DNA of 61,551 nt, the filler included, from Nitrospinae bacterium RIFCSPLOWO2_12_FULL_45_22 (GTDB lineage: Bacteria; 2-12-FULL-45-22), in NCBI GenBank assembly GCA_001803565.1. It is 5 parts of 5 records of this genome, joined end to end, with 100 filler letters (N's around TTAATTAATTAA, not from the genome) between each part and the next. Parts side by side here need not be neighbours in the genome. Positions count along the whole stretch, not along the records: positions 9,669 to 23,938 come from MHDQ01000021.1; positions 24,039 to 33,290 come from MHDQ01000023.1; 3 more parts are not named here. One strand, given 5' to 3'. This document shows positions 19,184 to 29,263 of this stretch, one piece after another. The first letter of the stretch is position 1; every line of letters begins with the position of its first letter. Both the position numbers and the translations under genes were made by a program. A model generated the notes under the pieces. The model was not told the origin of the DNA, did not search any database, and worked only from the letters and a program-made list of their open reading frames with translations.

Positions 19184-19843
19184 ATGACCAGGAGATACAG
19201 CCTTCTGAAGAGCTGGTGGCTTACCTTTTGCGTGTTGGTAGCCCGGGTATTTTTTTGGAGCTTTTATCGCATCAAGGTAGTAGGTAAAGAACATATACCT
19301 GAAGAAGGGGGAGTCCTTATTGCCAGTAATCATGTATCCTTTTTTGATCCGGTATTGATTCCTTCTATAATTATGTCCCTTAGGGACCCAGAGATTATCT
19401 ATGGTCCAGCAAAGGCCGAGTTGTATCGAATACCGGTATTAAGACAGTTGTTATTTTCCCTGGGAATATACCCTATCCAGAGGAGCGGTCGGGACGTCAA
19501 GGCTATGAAAAGGACAATGGAGTTGCTCAAGTCCAATAAGGTAATGCTCTTCCCTGAAGGGAGCCGGAGCATGAACGGCCAGCTCCAAAAGGGTAACCGG
19601 TTCGTGGGCAAGATGGTATATGAGTCTAAGCCGGTAGTGATTCCTACCGCGGTAAAAGGGACCGAAAAGGCCCTCCCTCGCGGAAAATACTTCCCTCGCC
19701 TCTTCACCAGGCTAGAGGTTATCTTTGGCCCGCCCTTAGACTTGACTCCATATTATACTTGCCCTACAGCAAAGGAGGCAGCGCCACTCATTACTGAAAG
19801 GATTATGGAGGCTATCGGCCAACTACTCCAAAAAGAAAAATGA
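19184..19843 (+). CDS. plsC: 1-acyl-sn-glycerol-3-phosphate acyltransferase
   Basis: NHVSFFD and FPEGSRS motifs. Confidence 0.88.
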   Translation: MTRRYSLLKSWWLTFCVLVARVFFWSFYRIKVVGKEHIPEEGGVLIASNHVSFFDPVLIPSIIMSLRDPEIIYGPAKAELYRIPVLRQLLFSLGIYPIQRSGRDVKAMKRTMELLKSNKVMLFPEGSRSMNGQLQKGNRFVGKMVYESKPVVIPTAVKGTEKALPRGKYFPRLFTRLEVIFGPPLDLTPYYTCPTAKEAAPLITERIMEAIGQLLQKEK

Positions 19844-20160
19844 AGAGAAAATATCAGTCAATTAATTCCTGGCAGCCAGTGGGTAAGGTCTTGAAAGAGA
19901 CCTTACGAGAACTTCAGCTAGAGAAGGGGATTGATCAAGGAAAGATATGGTTAGTATGGGAAGAGGCGGTCGGGAAGACTGTTGCTCAGGTGGCCCAGCC
20001 AGACTCTATCAAATTCAAAACCCTGTTCGTTAAAGTCACAGATTCGATCTGGTTACATCAACTCTCCTGCTATCATGACTTGATCGTGAACAAGATCAAT
20101 GACCAGGTGGGGGCGGAGGTGATAAATAAAATTCATTTTAAATTAGGAGAGGTTAGATGA
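19840..20160 (+). CDS. DUF721 / DciA-family protein
   Basis: WEEAVG..VA..A.P...LFVKV.DSIW..QL pattern. Confidence 0.82.
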   Translation: MKRKYQSINSWQPVGKVLKETLRELQLEKGIDQGKIWLVWEEAVGKTVAQVAQPDSIKFKTLFVKVTDSIWLHQLSCYHDLIVNKINDQVGAEVINKIHFKLGEVR

Positions 20161-21899
20161 CATTTTCTAGAATTTACTTGATAATTACTGTGTCCCTGCT
20201 GCTTTTGGTATCCCTATCTGCCTGTGGTCTCCTGAAGAGGCAAGCCCCTCCCCCAGCTCTACAGGCGCCAATCGAGGAGGTCTCGGAAAGAGCGCCTGGG
20301 CCCGAGGCCTATTATCACTATCTCATGGCTACCTTAGCAGAGCTTCAGTACGATTTTGATAAGAGCATTGCGGAGTATAAAATCGCCCTCCAGTATGATC
20401 CTGATTCGGCATATCTCCTTAATAACCTGGCCAGCGTCAGTTTAAGGAAAGGGGATTTGAAGGGGGCGATTTTTTACGGAGAAGAGGCGGTTCGTAATGA
20501 TCCGACCTATGTTCCAGCCAGGGTTCAGTTGGGGAAACTATATTACAGTATGAAAGAGCCAGAAAAGGCCATTAAGCAATTCATGCAGGTGCTGAAGATT
20601 GACCCTCTGGAAGAAGAGGCATACATCTTCCTTGGCTCCCTCTATGCAGAGTCACGCAATTTTCCGGAAGCCATAAAAATACTTACTAATCTATTGAAGT
20701 TTAAGAAGGACTCAGCATTAGGAAATTATTATATCGGCATGGTCTATGCCCATATGGGCTTATATCTAAAATCCGAAGAATACTTGCGGGCCACCATTCA
20801 AATAGACCCCTATTTTGAAAATGCCATAGTAAAGCTAGCGGAGGTATATGAGATTCAGAAAAAGTACCGGCAGGCCATAGAGCTTTATCGTAAGGCATTA
20901 GAGATAAATCCCCATAATACTGCCTTACGGTATCGTTTAGGTCAGCTCTATCTCCAAAAAGAGAGGTTTGGCGAGGCCTTAAAGGAGTATAAAGAACTGA
21001 GCCGATTAGACCCTAAAGACCTTGATACCCACACCCGGTTAGGGTTCGTCTATTTTCAGCAAAAGGATTATCATAGAGCCCTGGAGGAGTTTCAACTGGT
21101 CTTAGCGGCTAATCCCCAAAATAGCGATATTCACTATTATATGGCCGCTATTTATGAAGAGACGAAAAGGTATCGAGAAGCCTTGCAGGAGCTAAAAAAG
21201 GCCCTAGACTATAAGCCTAAATCTGTAGAGATCAGACTATATATGGCCCAGTTGTACCAACAGTTGAAGGAGATAAAAGAGACTATTAGCGTCCTGAATG
21301 AGGCCCTACCCTATGAACCGAAGAATGCCCGGGTCCATTTTTATCTGGGCTTAGCCTATTCTGAAGATAAACAATACCAGGCCGCTATCAAAAGCCTCCA
21401 GGAGGCCATCAAGCTGGAACCCAGGAATGATCAGTATTATTTTAATTTAGGGGCGGTATATGATAAGGCCGGCTATTTTGAAGAATGCATCGTTCAGATG
21501 AGAAAGGCTGTGGAACTGAATCCTAAAAATGCCGAGGCCCTCAACTATTTGGGTTATCTGTTTGCTGAGAGGGGGATACGGTTAGAAGAATCGCTGGTAG
21601 CTATTCGGAAAGCCCTGGAATTAGAACCCGATAATGGCTATTTTATTGATAGTTTAGGGTGGGCTTTCTTTAAGCAAGGGAAGATAAAAGAGGCATTGAA
21701 GGAACTGCAGCGGGCTGCGCGACTAGTTTCTGACGACCCGATTATCCGGGAGCACTTAGGAGACGTCTATTATGAGCTAAAAATGTATAAAGAATCTATG
21801 CGGGAATGGAAGGAATCCCTAGAATTAAAACCCGAAAGTGAGGCAGTAAAGAAGAAGTTGGCCGATATCGAGAGGATTTTGGGCCCTGGGAAGAAATAA
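20157..21899 (+). CDS. Tetratricopeptide-repeat lipoprotein
   Basis: Lipobox LSAC; many TPR units; ALNYLGY / DSLGW C-terminus. Confidence 0.9.
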   Translation: MTFSRIYLIITVSLLLLVSLSACGLLKRQAPPPALQAPIEEVSERAPGPEAYYHYLMATLAELQYDFDKSIAEYKIALQYDPDSAYLLNNLASVSLRKGDLKGAIFYGEEAVRNDPTYVPARVQLGKLYYSMKEPEKAIKQFMQVLKIDPLEEEAYIFLGSLYAESRNFPEAIKILTNLLKFKKDSALGNYYIGMVYAHMGLYLKSEEYLRATIQIDPYFENAIVKLAEVYEIQKKYRQAIELYRKALEINPHNTALRYRLGQLYLQKERFGEALKEYKELSRLDPKDLDTHTRLGFVYFQQKDYHRALEEFQLVLAANPQNSDIHYYMAAIYEETKRYREALQELKKALDYKPKSVEIRLYMAQLYQQLKEIKETISVLNEALPYEPKNARVHFYLGLAYSEDKQYQAAIKSLQEAIKLEPRNDQYYFNLGAVYDKAGYFEECIVQMRKAVELNPKNAEALNYLGYLFAERGIRLEESLVAIRKALELEPDNGYFIDSLGWAFFKQGKIKEALKELQRAARLVSDDPIIREHLGDVYYELKMYKESMREWKESLELKPESEAVKKKLADIERILGPGKK

Positions 21900-22726
21900 T
21901 GGCAAGGTGGCGGCAGTTGAAGGCTAGCGGTGGCATTTTAATTTTAATATTTTCCCTTAGCATCTTTTCTTACAATGGGTGCGTGAAAAAACCTCCCCTA
22001 CACCCCAAAGCCATTATCACCTCTGCCCAAGTTGTTATCCAGGCCCTGGAAGAGCGTAAGAGAAGGATTCAAGACCTAAAGGCCTTAGCCCGTATCTCTT
22101 TAGTATCTCCAGAGAGGAAATTTTCTGCTAAACAGGCCATTACCCTCCGAAAGCCCTATTATCTCCGATTAGAGACCCTGAGTTTCTTTGGCTATCCCAT
22201 GCTCTATCTCTTTGCCAACGATCAGCAACTATCTTTCTATAACCCCCAAGAAAATAAGCTGTTTAGGGGCTCTGTCCAGTTAGATAATATCTTTAAACTC
22301 ACAGGTCTCCCTTTAGAGATAAGCGAGATAATAGCCATCCTTTGTGGAGATATGCCCTTAAATTCTAATAGCAGCCAGGCAGAACTCCGTTTTGAACCGG
22401 AAACTACCCTCTATTCCCTTAGGCTTGGGCCTGATGAGGAGATAAAACTTGGGGCCATGGACCTACTACCCAGGCAATACCGTTGGGCTGACAAATCGGG
22501 GAAGACATATCTAGAAGTAATCTACCAAGAATATGAGAAAATCAATGGTTTTTTTTCCCCTTTTACTATCAGGGTAAAGCTTCCCCAGAGAGCTATCTCG
22601 GTGGAGATAAAATATAGCGAGGTCAAACTTAACCAGGCAGTGCCTATCACGAGCTTTGAGCTGCCTCGACTGGAAGGGGTTGAGGTGATAGATTTGGATG
22701 ATGGTTGGCCTTATGAGAAGAGATAG
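21899..22726 (+). CDS. LolB-like / DUF4292 lipoprotein
   Basis: Lipobox-like NGC; lies between the TPR gene and ispE. Confidence 0.6.
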   Translation: MARWRQLKASGGILILIFSLSIFSYNGCVKKPPLHPKAIITSAQVVIQALEERKRRIQDLKALARISLVSPERKFSAKQAITLRKPYYLRLETLSFFGYPMLYLFANDQQLSFYNPQENKLFRGSVQLDNIFKLTGLPLEISEIIAILCGDMPLNSNSSQAELRFEPETTLYSLRLGPDEEIKLGAMDLLPRQYRWADKSGKTYLEVIYQEYEKINGFFSPFTIRVKLPQRAISVEIKYSEVKLNQAVPITSFELPRLEGVEVIDLDDGWPYEKR

Positions 22727-23603
22727 CATCCAGTTTAAATCGCCCGCCAAAGTCAATTTAGGTCTTAAAGTAATAAAGAAGAGGCCGGATGGCTATCATG
22801 AGATAGAGACAGTCATGCAGATGATAACCCTTTCCGATGCCTTACTCTTTGAACCAACGGAAGGGGGGATAGAGCTTATTTGCCAGGGACTAAACCTGCT
22901 GGGAGATAGGAGCAACCTGGTTTATCAGGCAGCCGAGTTGATCAGGGAGAAGGGTGGGGTAGGTTCAGGGGTGAGGATCATTCTGGATAAGAGGATTCCG
23001 GTGATGGCTGGCCTTGGGGGTGGCAGCAGCAATGCTGCTACTACTCTTATAGGGCTCAATAGGCTATGGCAGTTGGGCCTAAGGCGTGATGAGTTGATAG
23101 ACTTAGCCAGGGGCCTGGGAGCTGATGTCCCTTTTTTCCTCTACGGGCCAAGGGCCTATGCTACCGGTAGAGGTGACCAATTATCTCCCCTGCCATCTTT
23201 ACAAAAGCTGATTATGCTCTTAGTTAAACCATATCTATCCATCCCTACTTCATGGGCCTATAAGGCCCTAAATTTGTCGTTGACAAAGGATAGGGACAGT
23301 ATTAAAATCATATGCCAATTAATAGAGCAAGGGCTCGATAATCAGATAGCTGCTTATCTTTTTAATGACTTTGAAGAGACTATTATCGCCCATTACCCGA
23401 TAATAGGAGAAATAAAAAATGACCTCCTAAACCAGGGAGCCCTGGGGGCATTGATGTCAGGAAGTGGCCCGACGGTGTTTGCTATATTCCCCACCCACCA
23501 TAAGGCTGCCGAGGTGTACCAGCGATATAGCGAGAGAAAGATGCAGGTTTTTGTGGTGGAGACTATTATGGACATGGAGGAGGTGACTTGCGAGACAGAA
23601 TAG
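22698..23603 (+). CDS. ispE: 4-diphosphocytidyl-2-C-methyl-D-erythritol kinase (start possibly 22713)
   Basis: PAKVNL, GYHEI, AGLGGGSSNAA, MSGSG. Confidence 0.96.
   Translation: MMVGLMRRDSIQFKSPAKVNLGLKVIKKRPDGYHEIETVMQMITLSDALLFEPTEGGIELICQGLNLLGDRSNLVYQAAELIREKGGVGSGVRIILDKRIPVMAGLGGGSSNAATTLIGLNRLWQLGLRRDELIDLARGLGADVPFFLYGPRAYATGRGDQLSPLPSLQKLIMLLVKPYLSIPTSWAYKALNLSLTKDRDSIKIICQLIEQGLDNQIAAYLFNDFEETIIAHYPIIGEIKNDLLNQGALGALMSGSGPTVFAIFPTHHKAAEVYQRYSERKMQVFVVETIMDMEEVTCETE
23280..23308 (+). promoter_or_regulatory. Internal sigma70 promoter within ispE
   Basis: TTGACA-17-TAAAAT. Confidence 0.55.
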
Positions 23604-23687
23604 TTTCCACTAAGGGGGTTTGCGGTCGTTGGCTAGTCTGGGTATTCTAACAGCAACTCGGTATTTGAATCTGCAATAAGGAAAAGG

Positions 23688-23938
23688 GTGGTGAGGGAGA
23701 TGAATATTACCGAGGTAAGGGTTTATCCCGTAGAGGAGGAGAGACTAAAGGCCTACGCTACTATTACTTTTGATGATTGTTTTGTCGTGAGGAATCTCAA
23801 GGTAATTCAAGGCAATAGTGGCCTTTTTGTGGCTATGCCTAGTAAGAGACGAAAGGATGGTACTTATGTGGATACTGCCCATCCGCTAAATAATGAGACC
23901 AGAAGGATGATAGAAGGTAGGGTCTTGGAACGGTATTG
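23688..23938 (+). CDS. spoVG: SpoVG, 3'-truncated by contig end
   Basis: ITEVRV, LKAYA, GLFVAMPS, AHP. Confidence 0.93.
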
Positions 23939-24038
23939 NNNNNNNNNNNNNNNNNNNNNNNNNNNNNNNNNNNNNNNNNNNNTTAATTAATTAANNNNNN
24001 NNNNNNNNNNNNNNNNNNNNNNNNNNNNNNNNNNNNNN

Positions 24039-24167
24039 GCGGCTACTGAAGTAAGTCCTATCACAGATTTACGGGCATCGGCAGAATATAGACGGGAGAT
24101 GGTTAGAGTATTGCTTAAGAGAGGGATAAAGAGTGCCTGGGAAGAATTAAAAAGAGTTAGGGGTTAA
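24039..24167 (+). CDS. C-terminal fragment of XDH/CoxM-family FAD subunit
   Basis: Translates AATEVSPITDLRASAEYRREMVRVLLKR..*, directly before the 2Fe-2S subunit. Confidence 0.85.
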   Translation, partial: AATEVSPITDLRASAEYRREMVRVLLKRGIKSAWEELKRVRG

Positions 24168-24172
24168 CGAAC

Positions 24173-24634
24173 ATGACCCACCAAATAGAATTAATAATAA
24201 ATGGTGAGCACTATGAATTAATGGTAAAGGCTAATAAGACCCTTTTAGAACTCTTACGGGAAGATTTAGATTTGACCGGGACAAAAATGGGCTGTGGTAC
24301 TGGAGATTGTGGTGCCTGTACCGTGCTACTTGATAACAGACCTGTTAATGCCTGTTTGGTCTTAGCAGTAGAAGCCAGAGGTAAAGAGATAGTTACCATT
24401 GAAGGACTAGCCCAGGGTGAGACCCTCCATCCCCTCCAGCAGGCCTTTATTGATCACGGAGCAGTACAGTGTGGGTTCTGCACCCCTGGTATGATCCTCA
24501 CGGCTAAAGCCCTGCTCGATAATAACCCCAATCCTACTGAACCGATGATCCGAAGGGCTATTGCAGGAAACATCTGCCGCTGTACGGGCTATACCAAGAT
24601 TGTAAAGGCTATTATGGCAGTAGCTTCTAGATAG
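24173..24634 (+). CDS. XDH/CoxS-family 2Fe-2S subunit
   Basis: GCGTGDCGAC, QCGFC, CRCTGY. Confidence 0.95.
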   Translation: MTHQIELIINGEHYELMVKANKTLLELLREDLDLTGTKMGCGTGDCGACTVLLDNRPVNACLVLAVEARGKEIVTIEGLAQGETLHPLQQAFIDHGAVQCGFCTPGMILTAKALLDNNPNPTEPMIRRAIAGNICRCTGYTKIVKAIMAVASR

Positions 24635-24647
24635 GATATTTAACATT

Positions 24648-27005
24648 ATGGCAGAATATAAAGTCATAGGACAGAATCTTCCTAGGGTAGATGCACAGGA
24701 TAAGGTTACGGGCCGTGCTAAGTATTCCTTGGACATAAAACTCCCTAGGATGCTTTCTGGCCGGATACTAGGGAGTATGTTCCCGCATGCTAAAATCCTT
24801 AAGATCGATGCCAGTAGAGCTAAGCGCTTAGCAGGAGTAAAAGCAGTCATTACAGCAGATGACATACCAGATGTGCGCTGGGGCTTCATATTGAAAGACC
24901 GCACAATACTGGCTCACGAAAAAGTAAGGTATATTGGTGAACCGATAGCTGCCGTGGCTGCTATTGATGAAGAGACTGCTGATGAGGCCCTGGAGCTTAT
25001 CCAAATAGAATGTCAAGAATTGCCTGCCATATTTCATCCTGAAGAAGCTATGGCTGTAGGGGCGACCCTTATCCATGAGGAGCTGCACAGTTATACTGCT
25101 ATGGGAGAAATTATCCGCAAAAACAATGTCTGTTCCCATACTGTTATCCAGCAAGGTGATATCGAGACAGGCTTCAGCGGTTCAGATGAGGTCTTTGAAG
25201 ATTGTTTTACTACCCAGATGGTACATCAATGTTATCTAGAGCCCCATGTAGCAGTATGTGATGTAAATCATTCAGGTAATCTTACTATTTGGACCAGTAC
25301 CCAGTCCCCCTTCTTTGTCAGGAGTGAGCTGGCTGAGACATTATTAATGCCCATAAGTAAGATCAAAGTTATACCCCTTAATGTTGGAGGAGGTTTTGGT
25401 GGTAAATTCGGTATCCTGCTAGAGCCGATCTGTGCCTTATTGGCTAAGAAAAGTAATCGGCCCGTAAAGATAGTCATGACTCGAAAAGAGGAGTTTACTA
25501 CGGCTAACCCACGGCATCCTACTATCATGAAGCTCCGTACTGGAGTAAAAAAGGATGGGACATTAGTTGCTCGAGCAGCTACTTTGATTTATGATACCGG
25601 GGCATTTGCTGGTATGGGCCCAATAGTCAGTTGCAATGGTGCTAAATTTATTACAGGACCTTACCGGATACCCCATATAATGATCAATAGCTACTGTGTC
25701 TATACCAATAAAACACCGGCTAATCTCTGCCGTGGAGCTGGTAGTCCCCAAGCTACTTTTGCCTCGGAATCGCAGATGGATATTATTGCTACCAAGCTCG
25801 GCATAGATCCCCTAGAATTGCGCTTAAAAAATGGTGTAGAAGAAGGGGATATGTCTTCCACAGGACAGGTTTTACATGGGGTAGGATTCAAAGGAACTCT
25901 AAGGCTAGCGAGCCAGAAAGCTCCCTGGGTACCACATAAACCGGATATCTATCAAGGTAAAGGAATAGGATGCTTGCAGTATGAGACCGGTACTTTGGGT
26001 TCCAGTTGCTGCATAAGGTTGAATGAAGATGGAACTTTTGCTTTGATCATAGGGACTATAGAAATAGGACAGGGCTCTACTACTATCCTTAGGCAGATAG
26101 CAGCCGAAGGCCTAGGCGTCCCGGTAGAAGCAGTTAATACAGCTATCGGAGATACCGATATAGCACCTTACGATATGGGTACTGGTGCCGATAGGGTAAC
26201 TTTCAGTATGGGTAATGCCGTACTGGTCGCTGTTAGAGATATGAAGGCCCAATTGTTCCAGATAGGTGCTATGCTGCTCGAGGCCAATCCCGACGATATA
26301 GAATTGCAAGACGGTAAAATAATAGTCAGAGGTGCTCCAGAAAGAGGTATACCTTTATCAGATCTAGCTATGGCTTGCCATATGCTGAAAGGTGGTCCGA
26401 TACTAGCTAAAGGGTCTTATCTTGCCGAAGAGCCACCTTTTAATACCCAGAGTATCAAAGGAGGTTTTTTCCCTTCTACACCAGCACCTACTTTTGCTAC
26501 CCAGATAGCGGATCTAAAAATAGACCCTGAGACTGGTCAGGTAGAGCTCCTGAAGATTACGGCTGCCCATGATGTAGGCTTTGCTATTAACCCTATGGCG
26601 GTTGAGGGGCAGATTGAAGGAGGGGTAGTGATGGGTGGTGGATATGCATTGTCAGAGGAGATAATATTTGACCAGGGCAAGATTATTAACCCTAAGTTAG
26701 CTGATTATAAGCTCCCTACTGCCCTGGATGCACCCCAGATAGAGGCTTTAATAGTGCAAGAGCGGTCTTTGACTGGTCCTTTTGGTGCCAAAGGAGTGGG
26801 CGAGCCCGGTGCTGCACCTACCGCCCCAGCTATTGCTAATGCTATATATTCTGCAGTAGGAGTCAGGGTAAAGGATTTACCTATCACGGCTGAAAAACTC
26901 TACTGGGCCCTTAAGCACAATGTAAGCGTTCAGCCCTCAGCAATCAGCGGTCAGCAAAATAAGGCAATAGGCGATAGGCAAAAAAATCTAGCTCCTGACC
27001 TCTAG
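24648..27005 (+). CDS. XDH-family molybdopterin-binding subunit
   Basis: GGGFGGK, RGAG.PQ, GQG, GAKGVGE; last ~27 aa come from an inserted repeat element. Confidence 0.93.
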   Translation: MAEYKVIGQNLPRVDAQDKVTGRAKYSLDIKLPRMLSGRILGSMFPHAKILKIDASRAKRLAGVKAVITADDIPDVRWGFILKDRTILAHEKVRYIGEPIAAVAAIDEETADEALELIQIECQELPAIFHPEEAMAVGATLIHEELHSYTAMGEIIRKNNVCSHTVIQQGDIETGFSGSDEVFEDCFTTQMVHQCYLEPHVAVCDVNHSGNLTIWTSTQSPFFVRSELAETLLMPISKIKVIPLNVGGGFGGKFGILLEPICALLAKKSNRPVKIVMTRKEEFTTANPRHPTIMKLRTGVKKDGTLVARAATLIYDTGAFAGMGPIVSCNGAKFITGPYRIPHIMINSYCVYTNKTPANLCRGAGSPQATFASESQMDIIATKLGIDPLELRLKNGVEEGDMSSTGQVLHGVGFKGTLRLASQKAPWVPHKPDIYQGKGIGCLQYETGTLGSSCCIRLNEDGTFALIIGTIEIGQGSTTILRQIAAEGLGVPVEAVNTAIGDTDIAPYDMGTGADRVTFSMGNAVLVAVRDMKAQLFQIGAMLLEANPDDIELQDGKIIVRGAPERGIPLSDLAMACHMLKGGPILAKGSYLAEEPPFNTQSIKGGFFPSTPAPTFATQIADLKIDPETGQVELLKITAAHDVGFAINPMAVEGQIEGGVVMGGGYALSEEIIFDQGKIINPKLADYKLPTALDAPQIEALIVQERSLTGPFGAKGVGEPGAAPTAPAIANAIYSAVGVRVKDLPITAEKLYWALKHNVSVQPSAISGQQNKAIGDRQKNLAPDL

Positions 27006-27062
27006 CCTCTTGCCCATAGCCTGTTTTAGCTGAAAGCTGACGGCTGATAGCTGAACGCTTCC
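26922..27062. mobile_element. IS66-type MITE-like element with nested heptamer palindromes
   Basis: GTAAGCGTTCAG / CTGAACGCTTCC ends; flanks AGCACAAT / AGCAAAAA; TCAGC/GCTGA and GCAATAG/CTAGCCT arms. Confidence 0.75.
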
Positions 27063-27080
27063 AGCAAAAAATTACTCCAG

Positions 27081-28109
27081 ATGAATAGTAAAAAGATTAG
27101 AATAGAAGAAGCTATTGGTTTACCTTTAGCCCATGATCTTACTCGGATCATTCCTGGTGAGTTTAAAGGAGCAGCCTTCAAACGGGGACATATTATACAG
27201 AAAGAAGATATTGGTCAACTCAAGGCCATAGGTAAGGAAAGCATTTATATATTAGAATTGTCTCCTGAAGAAATACACGAAGACGAAGCAGCTATACAAA
27301 TAGCTGAGGCAGTAACTACCAATGATTTTTTTATCACTGAGCCTTGTGAAGGGAAGGCCAATATAAAGAGCCGTACGATGGGTTTACTCAAAGTGGATAA
27401 AGACCTCCTGTGCCAGATAAATTCGCTGGCGGGAATAATCCTTGCTACTTTACACAGTGGTACCTTATGCCGACCAGAAATGGTAGTAGCTGCTACCAGG
27501 ATCATACCACTAGCTATAGAAAAAAAATGGCTTGAGGCGATAGAGAAGCTATGTCGGGAACAAGATAAAGTCATTAGCCTGCAGCAGCTAAAGAGTAAAA
27601 AAGTGGGGATAGTTATTACTGGCAATGAGATTTATCATGGGATGATAAAAGATAGCTCAGGTGATATCATGCAAGGGAAGCTTGAGTCTTATGGTTCTCA
27701 CGTGACTAGAAGGATCATTGTTCCGGATGACCCTATTGAGATTGCCCAGGCTATTCGCCTCTTACGAGAAAGTGGAAGTGAGATGATCTTAGTGACTGGA
27801 GGGATGTCAGTAGATCCCGATGATGTAACATTAGAAGGAGTAAAAGAAGCTAAAGCCAGTATTATTTTCTATGGTATACCTATATTACCAGGTTCAATGC
27901 TGCTATATGCCGTATTAGGTAGTACTCCTATCTTAGGCGTACCAGCCTGTGCTATCTATCATAAAGCTACTGCCCTTGATATAATCCTTCCTAAAGTATT
28001 AGCTGAGGAAGATATTACTAAAGATGACATAATTACTCTGGGACACGGCGGTCTTTGTCTCCATTGTGGTAACTGCCATTTTCCGGCATGCCCTTTCGGA
28101 AAGGAATAA
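27081..28109 (+). CDS. MoeA-like molybdopterin-binding protein
   Basis: HDLTRIIPG..KG..FKRG, TGNE, TGGMSVDPDD, C-terminal CLHC..C.FP.C. Confidence 0.85.
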   Translation: MNSKKIRIEEAIGLPLAHDLTRIIPGEFKGAAFKRGHIIQKEDIGQLKAIGKESIYILELSPEEIHEDEAAIQIAEAVTTNDFFITEPCEGKANIKSRTMGLLKVDKDLLCQINSLAGIILATLHSGTLCRPEMVVAATRIIPLAIEKKWLEAIEKLCREQDKVISLQQLKSKKVGIVITGNEIYHGMIKDSSGDIMQGKLESYGSHVTRRIIVPDDPIEIAQAIRLLRESGSEMILVTGGMSVDPDDVTLEGVKEAKASIIFYGIPILPGSMLLYAVLGSTPILGVPACAIYHKATALDIILPKVLAEEDITKDDIITLGHGGLCLHCGNCHFPACPFGKE

Positions 28110-28132
28110 CCTTATTTTGAAGAGATTAGTCC

Positions 28133-29206
28133 ATGGAAGATATTTATCGAGAGATTAAGCGATTAAGAACAGATAGGGAAAAAGCTGTTTTGGCCACTGT
28201 TATAACTAAATTGGGTTCCGCGCCCAGGGAAAAAGGGGCTAAGCTGTTAGTAAGAGAAGATGGAAGCTCCATAGGCTCTATTTCTGGCGGGTGTGTGGAG
28301 GCTGAAACCTGGCAGGAAGCCATGCAAGTCATGCAGACAGGGGAAAGCAAGGTTATTGGCTTTCATCTTACCGAAAAAGAAGCGGTAGAGAGTGGACTTA
28401 TATGCGGTGGTAGGATAGAAGTTTATCTGGAGCCTTTATGGATGGATTATGCCTCTGAGGAAGGTGATATATTTGAAGAAATTACCCATATTCTATCCAG
28501 GGAAGGGAGGGCTTTTCTGGCAACGGCTATAAAAAGAGAGGCATCTAAGGGGCAAGAAAAGATTTTAATAAGACAAGAAGGGTCTACCTTAGGAAGTTTA
28601 GGAGACAAGCTTTTAGATAACTCGATTATAACCCATACCAGAGAAATGATAGGAAAAGAAGAGCCCGTCCTGGTAACCATAAAAAATTCTCAGAATAAGG
28701 AATGCGAGATCTATCTGGAACCCATCTTGCCCACTCCCATCCTATTTATATTTGGTGGAGGGCACATCTCTTTACCCCTTGCCCGAATTGCTAAAATAGT
28801 TGGGTTCAAGGTAGCAGTGATAGATGATCGGGAACTATATGCCAACAAGGATAGATTTCCAGAGGCAGATGAAATATATCCCCTCGAATTCGAAAATTTT
28901 TTTGAACAGTTTGAATTATCCCCCAGGGCTTATATTGTTATCGTTACTCGGGGTCACTTGCATGATGAGCTAGTATTAGAGAAGGCCCTGAAGACTGAAG
29001 CCGCTTATATAGGTATGATTGGCAGCAAGCGCAAGGTCAGGTATACCTATGACAACCTCATGCGCAAAGAAATAACAGAGGAGCAGCTTTCCCGGGTCCA
29101 TGCCCCTATCGGATTAGATATAAAAGCTGAGACGCCTGAGGAGATTGCCATAAGCATCATGGCAGAGATTATCAAAATAAGGAGGCATTATCTTGCCAGG
29201 GGATAA
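28133..29206 (+). CDS. XdhC/CoxI-family Moco insertion chaperone
   Basis: GSAPR, GGCVE, ICGG, FGGGH, TRGH, IGMIGS, APIGL. Confidence 0.92.
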   Translation: MEDIYREIKRLRTDREKAVLATVITKLGSAPREKGAKLLVREDGSSIGSISGGCVEAETWQEAMQVMQTGESKVIGFHLTEKEAVESGLICGGRIEVYLEPLWMDYASEEGDIFEEITHILSREGRAFLATAIKREASKGQEKILIRQEGSTLGSLGDKLLDNSIITHTREMIGKEEPVLVTIKNSQNKECEIYLEPILPTPILFIFGGGHISLPLARIAKIVGFKVAVIDDRELYANKDRFPEADEIYPLEFENFFEQFELSPRAYIVIVTRGHLHDELVLEKALKTEAAYIGMIGSKRKVRYTYDNLMRKEITEEQLSRVHAPIGLDIKAETPEEIAISIMAEIIKIRRHYLARG

Positions 29207-29263
29207 CAATCTCATAAGGTCGTTGGTTGAGATTGAGAAAACGAAAACTCCTATACTTTCAAG

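Noticed and set aside
23604-23690. Possible tRNA or ncRNA between ispE and spoVG
   Set aside because: No cloverleaf or T-loop motif recognised.
24648-27005. Aerobic CO dehydrogenase CoxL
   Set aside because: Lacks the AYxCSFR active-site loop.
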